Below, in pieces: positions 55,679 through 64,000 of a stretch of DNA of 64,000 bases. Under the pieces are notes generated by a model. The model did not search any database. It was not told where the DNA came from and saw nothing but the letters and a program-made list of their open reading frames with translations. The first letter of the stretch is position 1, and every line of letters starts with the position of its first letter. Both the position numbers and the translations under genes were made by a program. The DNA comes from Patescibacteria group bacterium (GTDB lineage Bacteria; Patescibacteriota; Microgenomatia; UBA10105; UBA927), in contig JBMOPU010000012.1 of assembly GCA_049322955.1 (NCBI GenBank), positions 681,517 through 745,516 of the forward strand. Reading direction: 5' to 3'.

Positions 55679-55923
55679 GCTTTCCTCACAAAGCAGGTTA
55701 TTCGAGTGGTGATGTTAACTAGCTTATGATGCACCGCGTTGGTTGAGGCGGTAAATGCCCCGGCGAGGTCCTTGCCGTTCAGTTGACTCTGCCCATTGCC
55801 ACAGCGTCCCGTGACCAAGTAAAACCTTCCGTCAGGGAACTGTTGCATCCCACGCTTGCCTGCCGCGACAAACGCTTTGCAGTCTTTGCAGAGGGGCTCA
55901 TCTTCTTTTATATATCGGGGCAT
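55675..55923 (-). CDS. Hypothetical protein with N-terminal CxxC
   Basis: 82-aa ORF. Confidence 0.35.
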   Translation of the reverse strand: MPRYIKEDEPLCKDCKAFVAAGKRGMQQFPDGRFYLVTGRCGNGQSQLNGKDLAGAFTASTNAVHHKLVNITTRITCFVRKA

Positions 55924-55970
55924 ATGTTGATTCTATTGCACTCAGGCCGAAATACCAACAATCCTGCAAT

Positions 55971-56360
55971 TTATTCTTCCACGTACTCAAGCATTTTGAA
56001 AATGACGTTCCGCGATCCGCCCGGCATATGTTGCGACCCGAGGAGTACCGCCGGTGCACTTTTTCGCCGTAACACGGTCGAGACCTGCAAAAATTCACCA
56101 GGAATACCCAGCTGAGCGATCACCGCGTCTTCCCTGGTCGGTTGAATCTCCAATAATCCCGTGCCGTCTGATCGCACCGTCAGCTTCCAATTATGCGAGA
56201 CATTATTCCACCGGAGATCGTTGAGTGTGTACACGCCGGGCTTTCGATACCAATGGACAAGCGGCGTGCCCGTATGACTTCTGATTGCGCGATCAACACC
56301 GGCGAGCGTCGTTTGCTCGGGAAATATTGCAGGCTGAAATATGGTCTCCCTAATGGTCAT
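55971..56360 (-). CDS. Hypothetical protein
   Basis: 129-aa ORF. Confidence 0.4.
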   Translation of the reverse strand: MTIRETIFQPAIFPEQTTLAGVDRAIRSHTGTPLVHWYRKPGVYTLNDLRWNNVSHNWKLTVRSDGTGLLEIQPTREDAVIAQLGIPGEFLQVSTVLRRKSAPAVLLGSQHMPGGSRNVIFKMLEYVEE

Positions 56361-56439
56361 CTACATATTATAGGCTATTTTAAGCTTTTCATCAACCGTT
56401 TCCCCTCTTGCGTGAAGGAGTACTTTTGCTTTTAAATAG

Positions 56440-56913
56440 TTGGATATGAATGATCAACTTTCTCCCGATTCCGTACAGGATGCCGATGTTATTGCTCCCG
56501 AAGTTTCTTCTGATAGCCCGAGTGCCGATACGGTGCTTGAGCTTGAAAATATGATCAAAAATACGGTCACCGTCATCGACCGTAACAAAAACGAGCTTAA
56601 AAAGTACAAGGAGATGCTCGAAAGCGCGCTTCTAAACGACAGCACGTACAAAGAGGCCGCCGACAAAGCCAAAGAAGCCAACAAGGAAAAGGGCAAAGCA
56701 AAGGCCGCCGTCATGCAAAACCCCGCCACCAAGCAAATCGCGGAAAAAGTAAAAGACATGACGCAGGAAAACAAAGACTTGGCTACCGCCCAGTCGGAGT
56801 ATCTGCGCGAATACGCCAAACTGTCGGGCACAAACGAGATTGAAGGCGATGACGGTGAGGTTCGCGAAATCGTCTATATCGCCAAACTGGTAAAGAAGTC
56901 CAAGCGCGGATAA
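56440..56913 (+). CDS. Hypothetical coiled-coil protein
   Basis: 157 aa, Lys/Glu/Ala-rich heptads. Confidence 0.45.
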   Translation: MDMNDQLSPDSVQDADVIAPEVSSDSPSADTVLELENMIKNTVTVIDRNKNELKKYKEMLESALLNDSTYKEAADKAKEANKEKGKAKAAVMQNPATKQIAEKVKDMTQENKDLATAQSEYLREYAKLSGTNEIEGDDGEVREIVYIAKLVKKSKRG

Positions 56914-56914
56914 A

Positions 56915-57595
56915 CTAACGCGCGATTGCCACATCCCGACGTTTGGTCACAAAAAACCATTCTTCCTTGGGGACAGTCATCCAGCGGGTCACCACGCGAT
57001 CCACATCTTTTTGCTGTGAAGTATGGCAATGTGCGGCGGCGACTTTTTGAGTAAATACGCCCGAGATATCCACGACCATATCGACTTCTTCCCGTAGAAA
57101 TCCGGGAGGGAAAAAGACAAAGTAATCCTGCATGCTGTCACTCACGTCGCGGCTGGCGCAGTTATACCAAATCGCATCGATATCGGCATTTTTGCTATAC
57201 ACATAGCTTGTTACCATCGCAACGGCGACGTGATCCAGGTGCCCCGAAACACCCCGAAGCTCCGTGGTGATAAGAAGGGAGGGCTTGTGTGCGTCGACAA
57301 GCTTTTGCAGGGCATCGGCTATTGCATGATACGTATTGTTGTTGAGTGTGCCGTCCGCAAAACCTAACATATGGACCTTGGCAACTCCCAGCGCATTGGC
57401 CGATGCGGCAAGCTCATCTTTGCGCATATCGGCAAGCGTTTTGCCGCCGACCGGGTGAAACCGCGGATCGGAAGCGCCGTCCGTCACGCAAATAACGTGC
57501 ACCTCATACGTCTTGGCAAGAATCGCAATCGTCCCCGAGGGACCGAACGCTTCATCGTCGGGGTGCGCTATCACACAAAATACGGTCTTTTTCAT
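56915..57595 (-). CDS. PIG-L/LmbE-family N-acetylglucosaminyl deacetylase
   Basis: N-terminal VIAHPDDEAFG motif and HxxH downstream. Confidence 0.75.
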   Translation of the reverse strand: MKKTVFCVIAHPDDEAFGPSGTIAILAKTYEVHVICVTDGASDPRFHPVGGKTLADMRKDELAASANALGVAKVHMLGFADGTLNNNTYHAIADALQKLVDAHKPSLLITTELRGVSGHLDHVAVAMVTSYVYSKNADIDAIWYNCASRDVSDSMQDYFVFFPPGFLREEVDMVVDISGVFTQKVAAAHCHTSQQKDVDRVVTRWMTVPKEEWFFVTKRRDVAIAR

Positions 57596-57617
57596 GTCTG
57601 TGGATTATAATACACAT

Positions 57618-58544
57618 ATGGAGATTTTTACGCAATTTACGCCGACCATTTCTTCGTTGTGGGAAAAAGCGCTTGCACGGGAAAAAAATCCGTATCCGTT
57701 TTCTCCCATGTCCTGGCATGCGCACTGGTTTTCCCACTTTGGAGCGAATGAAACGCTTTCGCTCGTTGCCGACTCTGCAGGATCGGTTATCCTTCCGCTC
57801 GCCGTAAAAGACGGCGTCGCTCACTTCACGGGTGGTGAAGAAATCGCCGATTATCTCGACGCCATAGGCGACGACGATACTAAACTATCGCTCTGGCAAA
57901 AAGCCCTTCCTGCACTCAAGGAACAAAAAGCAACGTCCCTCACGCTTCGGAATATCCCCGAAGGCTCCCCAACGCTTGCGTATTTTCGTACCGTGCCGGG
58001 CGCCGATATTGCACAAGAAGACACGACACCGATCCTTACGCTTCCCGATTCTTTTGAAGGGTATCTTGCCGCGCTCGATCGCAAAGATCGCCATGAATTG
58101 CGCCGTAAAATGAAGAAGTTCGAAGCGACACATACCGATCTCATCTTTTCCGTAAGGGAACACGATGCGATACGTATCGACGATCTCGTCCTCCTCATGA
58201 AGCAGGATACGGATAAAGCGATATTTTTGACCCCGGAGATGACCGAATTTTTTTCGGGACTCCCCTCGGTAGCACCGGATTCGCTTCGCCAGTTTGTGTT
58301 AATGGCAGGCGAAAAAATCATTGCCGTTACCCTGGCATTTCAAACTCGTGACGCGCTGCTCCTCTATAACTCAGGGTTCGATCCGCAGTATCCGGGGGCA
58401 GGTTGGTATATAAAGGTAAAAACGATCGCCTGGGCGATCGAGCAAAAACTCACACAATACAACTTTCTCCAGGGAAGCGAACGGTATAAGTATGATTTGG
58501 GAGGGAAAGATTTTCCGGTGTATAAAATAACCCTTTCCTTGTAA
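57618..58544 (+). CDS. GNAT-fold FemAB/CelD-like acyltransferase-family protein
   Basis: About 310 aa. The C-terminal KYKYDLGG resembles the FemAB-family KxxFGG ending. Tentative. Confidence 0.45.
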   Translation: MEIFTQFTPTISSLWEKALAREKNPYPFSPMSWHAHWFSHFGANETLSLVADSAGSVILPLAVKDGVAHFTGGEEIADYLDAIGDDDTKLSLWQKALPALKEQKATSLTLRNIPEGSPTLAYFRTVPGADIAQEDTTPILTLPDSFEGYLAALDRKDRHELRRKMKKFEATHTDLIFSVREHDAIRIDDLVLLMKQDTDKAIFLTPEMTEFFSGLPSVAPDSLRQFVLMAGEKIIAVTLAFQTRDALLLYNSGFDPQYPGAGWYIKVKTIAWAIEQKLTQYNFLQGSERYKYDLGGKDFPVYKITLSL

Positions 58545-58575
58545 CGACTACCTTTGCTATACTATCTTTCATCTC

Positions 58576-61125
58576 GTGATACGTACGCCACATCTTTCGA
58601 GTACCAAAGCCGCCGAGCTACTCACGAAATTCGGCCCAAACGCGCTAAGCGAGGCGTCGGCTCACTCTCCGCTCTCTATCTTCATTGACCAGTTCAAAAA
58701 CATCCTCGTCCTCATGCTGATGGGTGCGGCGGGTCTCTCGTTTATTCTGGGTGATGAACTCGACGGCATCCTCATTCTCACCATCCTTATTCTGAATGCC
58801 ATCTTGGGCTTTGCCCAGGAGTTTAAAGCGGAAAAGGCACTTGCGGCGCTAAAACGCATGACGGTGGGCGTGGTGAAAGTCCTTCGTGACAATCAGGTCA
58901 AAGAACTTCCCAGCACCGACATTGTCCCCGGAGACATCATCTTCCTCGAAGAAGGAGACAAAGTCCCCGCAGATGCGATACTTATTGAAGCGCTCCATGT
59001 GGAGTTTAATGAGGCGGCGTTGACCGGTGAATCGCTCCCCGTCGAAAAAAACACGACGACAGATAATGAAATCTACATGGGAACGATCGTCACGCGCGGC
59101 AGAGCCACCGCAAAAGTTACCCAAACGGGCATGCGCACCAAATTCGGCTCCATCGCGACCAAACTCGGTGAAATCACCGATGAGGAAACGCCGCTCGAGA
59201 AGAAAATGGCGGTATTGGGCAAACAGTTGGGGGTTGTCGCGCTCACGTGTGCCGGTATCATTTTCGGTTTGGGTTTCTTGCGAAAGGATCCGCTGTTTGA
59301 ATCGATCCTGACCGCCATCAGTCTTGCCGTTGCTGCAGTTCCCGAGGGACTGCCTGCCGTGGTCACGATCACGCTTGCCGTCGGTACCCAACGTATGGCC
59401 AGACAACGGGCAATACTCCGGAAACTATCCGCCATCGAGTCGTTGGGCAGTGTCACGGTAATAGCCACCGACAAAACGGGGACGCTTACTCAAAATGACA
59501 TGCGCGTAACCGACGTATGGGCCTCGGGCGTTTCGCACAAGCTTGCCGAACTGCAAAAGAAGCAACCCGCGCACCTGTCGGAACTTCTGGAGGTCGGCGT
59601 TCTGTGTAACAATGCCAGCCTTTCCGTCGTCTACAAAGGCGAGCCGCCGACCGTCATCGGCGACAAAACCGAAGGATCGCTGTTGTTATTTTCCCATGAT
59701 ATGGGCAAACAACCCGAAGAATTCCGCATTGACGGCAAGCTCGTCGAAGAGTTTGCGTTCAATTCCCTGGTGAAAATGATGACCGTCGTATGGAAGCAAG
59801 GGAAAACTACAACAGCCTTTACCAAAGGAGCACCCGAGTCGGTACTTATGCAATGTAATCGCTACAAAACGAACGGAAAGGTCATGGAGCTTTCCGATAC
59901 CGAACGCAAAAAGATCGAAAAAGCCTTCCGTTCCTTTGCCGCCAAGGGACTTCGCATGATCGCGCTTGCCAAAAAGGATATTACCTGGAACAACCAACCG
60001 AGAGAAAAAGTGGAACATGATCTGATTTTTTTGGGATTTGTGGGTATTGCCGATCCTCCCCGACCGCAAATTGCGGGTGCGGTAAAACTTGCTCAACGGG
60101 CGGGCATCACGACCGTCATGATCACGGGAGATAACGAACTCACCGCACAGGCAATCGGTGCAGAGGTGGGGCTTCTGCAAAAAGGCGATCAGGTACTCAC
60201 GGGTGCCCAATTTGAGAAACTTTCCGACGCAGAAGCGATGAAAGCGTTGGAAAAGACCCGCATCTTTGCCCGTACCACACCCGAACAGAAGTATCGCATC
60301 GTCAGCTTACTCCAAAAAATGGGACATGTGGTGGCGGTCACGGGAGACGGCGTCAACGACGCCCTGGCATTAAAACAAGCGGATGTCGGCGTCGCCATGG
60401 GAATAACCGGCACCGATGTCGCCAAAGAAGCGTCCGACATGATTATCACGGATGATAATTACGCATCGCTTGTCGTTGCCATCGAAGAAGGCCGAACGAT
60501 TTTTGACAATATCAAATCGACGACCAAGTACCTTATCGGCTGTAACCTCGGTGAAATCGGGGCTATCACCGGCGGCGTCCTTTTGGGATGGCCGTTTATC
60601 TTAAGCCCGCTGCATATCCTCTACGTCAACCTGGTCACCGACGGACTTCCTGCCATCGGGCTGTCACTTACCCCCAAGCAGGGAGATATTATGAGTCAAA
60701 AACCTCGTACGGAAAAGGCGATTTTCAATAAACATGACGTGATCTGGTTTATCGAAGTGGGACTCATTACCACGGTTGCGACCCTGGTTTCGTTCGTGAT
60801 AGGCTCCAAGGTCGATATCACGCTGGGGCGTACGCTTGCGTTTTTGGCCATTATTTTGGCACAGCAATATATCTTCTACGACATCGCAAGCCGCAACAAG
60901 ACGATTCTCAAACTCTCGCCCAGGAAGTTCCCGTGGATTTTGCTACCCGTTGTCATCATCATTATGCAGGTTATGCTTTTGGAAGTGCCGGCATTTGAGA
61001 AAGTGTTTGAAACCACGGCACCGCCGATTATCTTCTCGGTGGCAAGCGTGGCGATCACGAGCTTACTCCTTATCGCTTCCGAGCTCCGCAAGAAATACGG
61101 ACGCCATTTGTATTACCATCATTAA
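58576..61125 (+). CDS. Cation-transporting P-type ATPase (P2/P3-like)
   Basis: TGES actuator motif, DKTGTLT phosphorylation site, TGDN, GDGVNDALAL. 10 TM. Confidence 0.9.
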   Translation: MIRTPHLSSTKAAELLTKFGPNALSEASAHSPLSIFIDQFKNILVLMLMGAAGLSFILGDELDGILILTILILNAILGFAQEFKAEKALAALKRMTVGVVKVLRDNQVKELPSTDIVPGDIIFLEEGDKVPADAILIEALHVEFNEAALTGESLPVEKNTTTDNEIYMGTIVTRGRATAKVTQTGMRTKFGSIATKLGEITDEETPLEKKMAVLGKQLGVVALTCAGIIFGLGFLRKDPLFESILTAISLAVAAVPEGLPAVVTITLAVGTQRMARQRAILRKLSAIESLGSVTVIATDKTGTLTQNDMRVTDVWASGVSHKLAELQKKQPAHLSELLEVGVLCNNASLSVVYKGEPPTVIGDKTEGSLLLFSHDMGKQPEEFRIDGKLVEEFAFNSLVKMMTVVWKQGKTTTAFTKGAPESVLMQCNRYKTNGKVMELSDTERKKIEKAFRSFAAKGLRMIALAKKDITWNNQPREKVEHDLIFLGFVGIADPPRPQIAGAVKLAQRAGITTVMITGDNELTAQAIGAEVGLLQKGDQVLTGAQFEKLSDAEAMKALEKTRIFARTTPEQKYRIVSLLQKMGHVVAVTGDGVNDALALKQADVGVAMGITGTDVAKEASDMIITDDNYASLVVAIEEGRTIFDNIKSTTKYLIGCNLGEIGAITGGVLLGWPFILSPLHILYVNLVTDGLPAIGLSLTPKQGDIMSQKPRTEKAIFNKHDVIWFIEVGLITTVATLVSFVIGSKVDITLGRTLAFLAIILAQQYIFYDIASRNKTILKLSPRKFPWILLPVVIIIMQVMLLEVPAFEKVFETTAPPIIFSVASVAITSLLLIASELRKKYGRHLYYHH

Positions 61126-61134
61126 TAGGTAGGT

Positions 61135-61971
61135 ATGAAACAAAAGAAACCTGCTCCCAAAATCGGCCTTGCTCTCGGCAGCGGCGGCCCCCGGGGACTT
61201 GCCCATATCGGCGTCATCAAAGCCCTTGTTGAATATCATGTCCCTATCCATATCATTACCGGCGCAAGCGCCGGGTCACTTATCGGGGGTATGTATTTGG
61301 CGCTGGGCTCGATTACCAAGGTGGAACATATCGCCAAGTCTCTAACGTACAAAGACATCATCGCCGCCTTTGCCGATTTCGGTTCGCGGTCGGGAATCAT
61401 CAAGGGCATCAAAATGGAACGACATTTGACCAAATTATTGGGCAGGAAGAACATCGAACACCTTTCCCTGCCCTTTGCCGCGGTGGCGACCGATATGAAA
61501 ACGGGTGAAGCGGTCACTATAACACGCGGCAACCTCATCAAAGCCATCCGCGCCAGCAGTTCAATCCCCGCACTTGTTGATGCCGCCTATATCGGTAAAA
61601 CCTATCTTATCGACGGCGGGGGCTCCAATCCCGTGCCCGTATCGGTGGCAAGAAATTTGGGCGCAACGCATGTCATCGCTGTTAATTTGGATACGTATCG
61701 CTTCATCAGGGAAGATGCGCTGAGGGTTAAACTTCCGACGGTAGCGGATATGGGACTGGCGGCGCTTCATATGCTCCGGTATAACCTGGCAAAAAAGCTG
61801 TGCGAAGACGCCGATGTGACGATCACGCCTGATGTTGCCGAAATATCTTCCATAAACCTCGCGGAATTTCTGCACGGAGAAGCGATTATCCAAAAAGGGT
61901 ACGACGCGACGATACAAGCCCTCCCCCGTATCCGTCAGGTCTTGAGTGTTGCCGCAATCGGCGTAAAGTAG
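61135..61971 (+). CDS. Patatin-like phospholipase
   Basis: GGGPRG oxyanion loop, GASAGS nucleophile elbow (GxSxG), DGG catalytic Asp motif. Confidence 0.8.
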   Translation: MKQKKPAPKIGLALGSGGPRGLAHIGVIKALVEYHVPIHIITGASAGSLIGGMYLALGSITKVEHIAKSLTYKDIIAAFADFGSRSGIIKGIKMERHLTKLLGRKNIEHLSLPFAAVATDMKTGEAVTITRGNLIKAIRASSSIPALVDAAYIGKTYLIDGGGSNPVPVSVARNLGATHVIAVNLDTYRFIREDALRVKLPTVADMGLAALHMLRYNLAKKLCEDADVTITPDVAEISSINLAEFLHGEAIIQKGYDATIQALPRIRQVLSVAAIGVK

Positions 61972-61992
61972 GTATAATACGCGATATCTTCT

Positions 61993-62592
61993 ATGACGAA
62001 TAAACAACTTATTCTTATCGCCGTCGCCGTGCTCGGCGTATTTCTTTTAATCGGCGGCATTTTCTTTGCCGTTGGTATGAAGAGCGCAGGCACCGCTCCC
62101 ACTCCGACGCCGACACCGAGCCCGGAAATTACGAGTGCACCGACGCCGTATAGCACTGATGCGCCGACGGCAACACCCACGAGAAGTGTCACTCCCACCA
62201 GAGCCGCGTCGCCCACACCGACGAAAACACCGGCGCCGACCGCGACCATCACGCCTACCCCATCGCCCACTCCTACTCCCGGAGTAGTGAATATCGAAGC
62301 GAGTGTGACACCGACAACCAGTAACACCTGCACCCAAAAATACGTCTTTTCGGCAAAGATTTATACCAACGGCGCGGCGACGGTAAAGTACAAGTGGTTG
62401 AGAAGCGATAACGCCATCTCCCCCGAACAATCGATTACCTTCACTGAAGCGGGCATGCAGACGGTGACAACGGAGTGGACTCGGGGACCGATCGCATCGG
62501 GAACCAACGAAGCAGGCTGGCAACGGATAGAGATATTAAGCCCCGGATCGGGACTCGGCAACAAAGCCGAATTTACGCTCTCGTGTCCGTAA
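61993..62592 (+). CDS. Membrane-anchored Pro/Thr-rich protein with a C-terminal globular domain
   Basis: N-terminal TM helix, TPTPTPSPEITSAPTP... linker. Confidence 0.5.
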   Translation: MTNKQLILIAVAVLGVFLLIGGIFFAVGMKSAGTAPTPTPTPSPEITSAPTPYSTDAPTATPTRSVTPTRAASPTPTKTPAPTATITPTPSPTPTPGVVNIEASVTPTTSNTCTQKYVFSAKIYTNGAATVKYKWLRSDNAISPEQSITFTEAGMQTVTTEWTRGPIASGTNEAGWQRIEILSPGSGLGNKAEFTLSCP

Positions 62593-62971
62593 CACTTCGC
62601 TACCTCCGCGCACGGGACCAGAATGATCCGCGTTTTTTTTCGGATTCAGCCACGATCCCGCGGCATAGTTCCTGTTCCTTCGGCTCCGCCAACACCCACC
62701 CGCCGTCGCTCCAGATGTAGGAAAACGCACCTTGAAAGTCCTCTTTCGCCTGTCCCCCGTCTTTCCAAAGAATGATATGCCGATGCGCTTCCGATCTGCC
62801 TTCCGGAGGTAGATGAATAACCTTTCGTACGTGAGTAATCGGCCTTTCTGCAGACACTCATTCCAGCGTACACCTTTCGACATGCATCGGAAAGATCGGA
62901 ATATACTCACGCACGGCTTTTTTGCTATAATAGCGAGTGTGTTCTGACCTAAAAGGTCAGGATTATCTCTA

Positions 62972-63043
62972 GGGCCTGTAGCTCAACGGTAGAGCAGTAG
63001 CCTTTTAAGCTATTGGTTCTGGGTTCGAATCCCAGCGGGCTCA
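62972..63043 (+). tRNA. tRNA-Lys (anticodon TTT)
   Basis: Acceptor GGGCCTG/CGGGCTC (two G-U pairs), D-stem GCTC/GAGC, anticodon stem GTAGC/GCTAT with loop CTTTTAA, T-arm CTGGG-TTCGAAT-CCCAG. Confidence 0.85.
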
Positions 63044-63056
63044 CTGATACAAAAAT

Positions 63057-63081
63057 GCCTCCCGTACGGGAGGTTTTTTGT
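63057..63081 (+). terminator. Rho-independent terminator after tRNA-Lys
   Basis: CCTCCCG-TA-CGGGAGG hairpin followed by TTTTTTGTG. Confidence 0.6.
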
Positions 63082-63086
63082 GATTT

Positions 63087-63869
63087 TCATTTTGTCGGCA
63101 CCCACGTCGACACCGTCACGGGAATTTGTTCCTGTCCGTTTTCGAGTTTCGGCTTTCCCTTCATCACATACTGGTCTCTAAACCCATTCGCCAACATTTC
63201 AAGGAAATATGTTACGTTATGAAAGCGGGTGCGCAATCGTGGGAACAGAAAACTTTCATTTTCCTCATATCCGTTTTCGGGCGGGCGGGTTTGCCGAAAA
63301 TCCGATTTGGTTAGCCCTAACTGCCGGTTTAGTTCGGCATATAGCGCAACTTCAGAATCTTCACTCCCCTCAACGAGAAGTTTCCCCGAAGTGGAACTGT
63401 CCCGTTTCAGGATGAACCCCGGGGGCAACTTCAGCGGATCAATAACGGGAAGAGTATCCGCTTCCCCTATCGGCACCGTGCCCGCACACTGCACCATCGA
63501 AAGTTCCCCGCGCTGAGGTGACTGATAGCGGATTTTACCGCGAAACGTCCGCATCCCCGACTCAATCACTGTCCTCCGCTGACTTTCATAACGGGTACGG
63601 TAAAACACGCGGAGTCCCTTTCTCGCCTCATCGACGAGCCGATCAAGGAGCGTATCGGGATAGAGCAGTGTTTTTTTTCCCGTTCCATATTCGCGTTTGG
63701 TGAGCATGCCCGCTTTCCCAAGTTCTTCGCGAAGCTCTCCTACCGATTGAGGAATGAATTTTTCATCAAGGATCTTGCGTCGCGGCATTTCATGCCGTAC
63801 CGATAGCTCTGCCATAGCCGTAGTGTAGTAAAGGAAATCCGGTTTGTCGAGGAAGTACGACAATAACAT
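63087..63869 (-). CDS. Hypothetical protein
   Basis: 260-aa ORF at the window end. No motif recognised. Confidence 0.45.
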   Translation of the reverse strand: MLLSYFLDKPDFLYYTTAMAELSVRHEMPRRKILDEKFIPQSVGELREELGKAGMLTKREYGTGKKTLLYPDTLLDRLVDEARKGLRVFYRTRYESQRRTVIESGMRTFRGKIRYQSPQRGELSMVQCAGTVPIGEADTLPVIDPLKLPPGFILKRDSSTSGKLLVEGSEDSEVALYAELNRQLGLTKSDFRQTRPPENGYEENESFLFPRLRTRFHNVTYFLEMLANGFRDQYVMKGKPKLENGQEQIPVTVSTWVPTK

Positions 63870-64000
63870 CTATTCGAGCTTCGGAGCGACGAATACAATC
63901 CGTGTCCGATGCAGACCATCGAGACTCCTGGGATTGATAAGTACCGCCAAATCCTCATCTTCCGTAGGCTTTATCGTGAAATCCACAAGAGGACTTTCAT

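Noticed and set aside
61935-62523. Minus-strand ORFs 61935..62333 and 62047..62523, also 42790..43056, rich in G/V/R repeats
   Set aside because: Mirror-strand translations of the Pro/Thr-rich low-complexity linkers of the + strand and pilin-like genes.
62536-62910. 124-aa minus-strand ORF upstream of tRNA-Lys
   Set aside because: It lies in the tRNA-Lys promoter and leader region with non-protein-like composition. The TATAAT box and leader hairpin explain the sequence better.
1-64000. CRISPR arrays, rRNA genes, IS elements or transposases
   Set aside because: No regularly spaced direct repeats, rRNA-like conserved blocks or transposase or integrase motifs were seen on either strand.

Overview
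This 64-kb window is a gene-dense bacterial chromosomal segment with about 50-55% G+C by eye. It is mostly housekeeping genes, plus two conspicuously A+T-rich insertions. The genome style suggests an uncultivated or deep-branching lineage (compact operons, a short UvrC, an archaeal-type FBP aldolase/phosphatase, type-IV-pilin-like and LRR surface proteins), but this is inference only.

Main contents, in order:
- **Low-GC island (1 to about 4190).** A tightly coupled + strand operon, truncated at the window start. It holds a partial upstream ORF, then a QueC-like PP-loop ATPase, a TatD-family nuclease, a NERD-domain membrane protein, and an XRE HTH regulator. A small PLD-family (HxKx4D) nuclease and an 89-aa ORF sit convergent to it. 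This is a candidate antiphage or defence locus with Qat-like QueC/TatD architecture and extra nuclease genes.
- **Flavodoxin and a Ddl-like ATP-grasp gene**, followed by a tRNA cluster (Val-TAC, Phe-GAA, Gly-GCC, Gln-TTG). tRNA-Gly and tRNA-Gln are each preceded by the same roughly 95-nt TATAAT-plus-double-hairpin leader motif, with compensatory base changes between the two copies.
- **A long minus-strand run (7089-19190):** EamA transporter, family-5 solute-binding protein, secG, YvcK/CofD-like protein, DUF360-like membrane protein, uvrC, a transglutaminase-like exported protein, uvrA and uvrB. It is divergent from lexA, which has a perfect 18-bp palindrome (TTCCTGTAAATACAGGAA) between its promoter and start codon.
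- **A gluconeogenic operon:** ppsA, eno, gpmI, bifunctional FBP aldolase/phosphatase and an acs-like gene. It is followed by a hexose-phosphate module (SIS-like, ManA-like, PMM/PGM).
- **Replication and methionine genes:** holA-like, NUDIX, rarA, and metK with an upstream SAM-I riboswitch and terminator.
- **A roughly 1-kb A+T-rich mini-island** carrying a three-gene operon (RelE/ParE-like toxin candidate), then dinB with a co-transcribed 85-aa ORF.
- **Surface and RNA-metabolism genes:** an LRR protein, a large type-IV-pilin-like protein, a DEAD-box helicase, cspA-like and obg.
- **The remainder:** several hypothetical genes, a zeta-toxin-like P-loop protein, an Rsm22-like methyltransferase, an NMP kinase, tRNA-Glu with a nearby duplication of its 3' end, a PIG-L deacetylase, a FemAB/CelD-like GNAT protein, a P-type ATPase, a patatin, and tRNA-Lys.

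No CRISPR array, rRNA, transposase or integrase was recognised.
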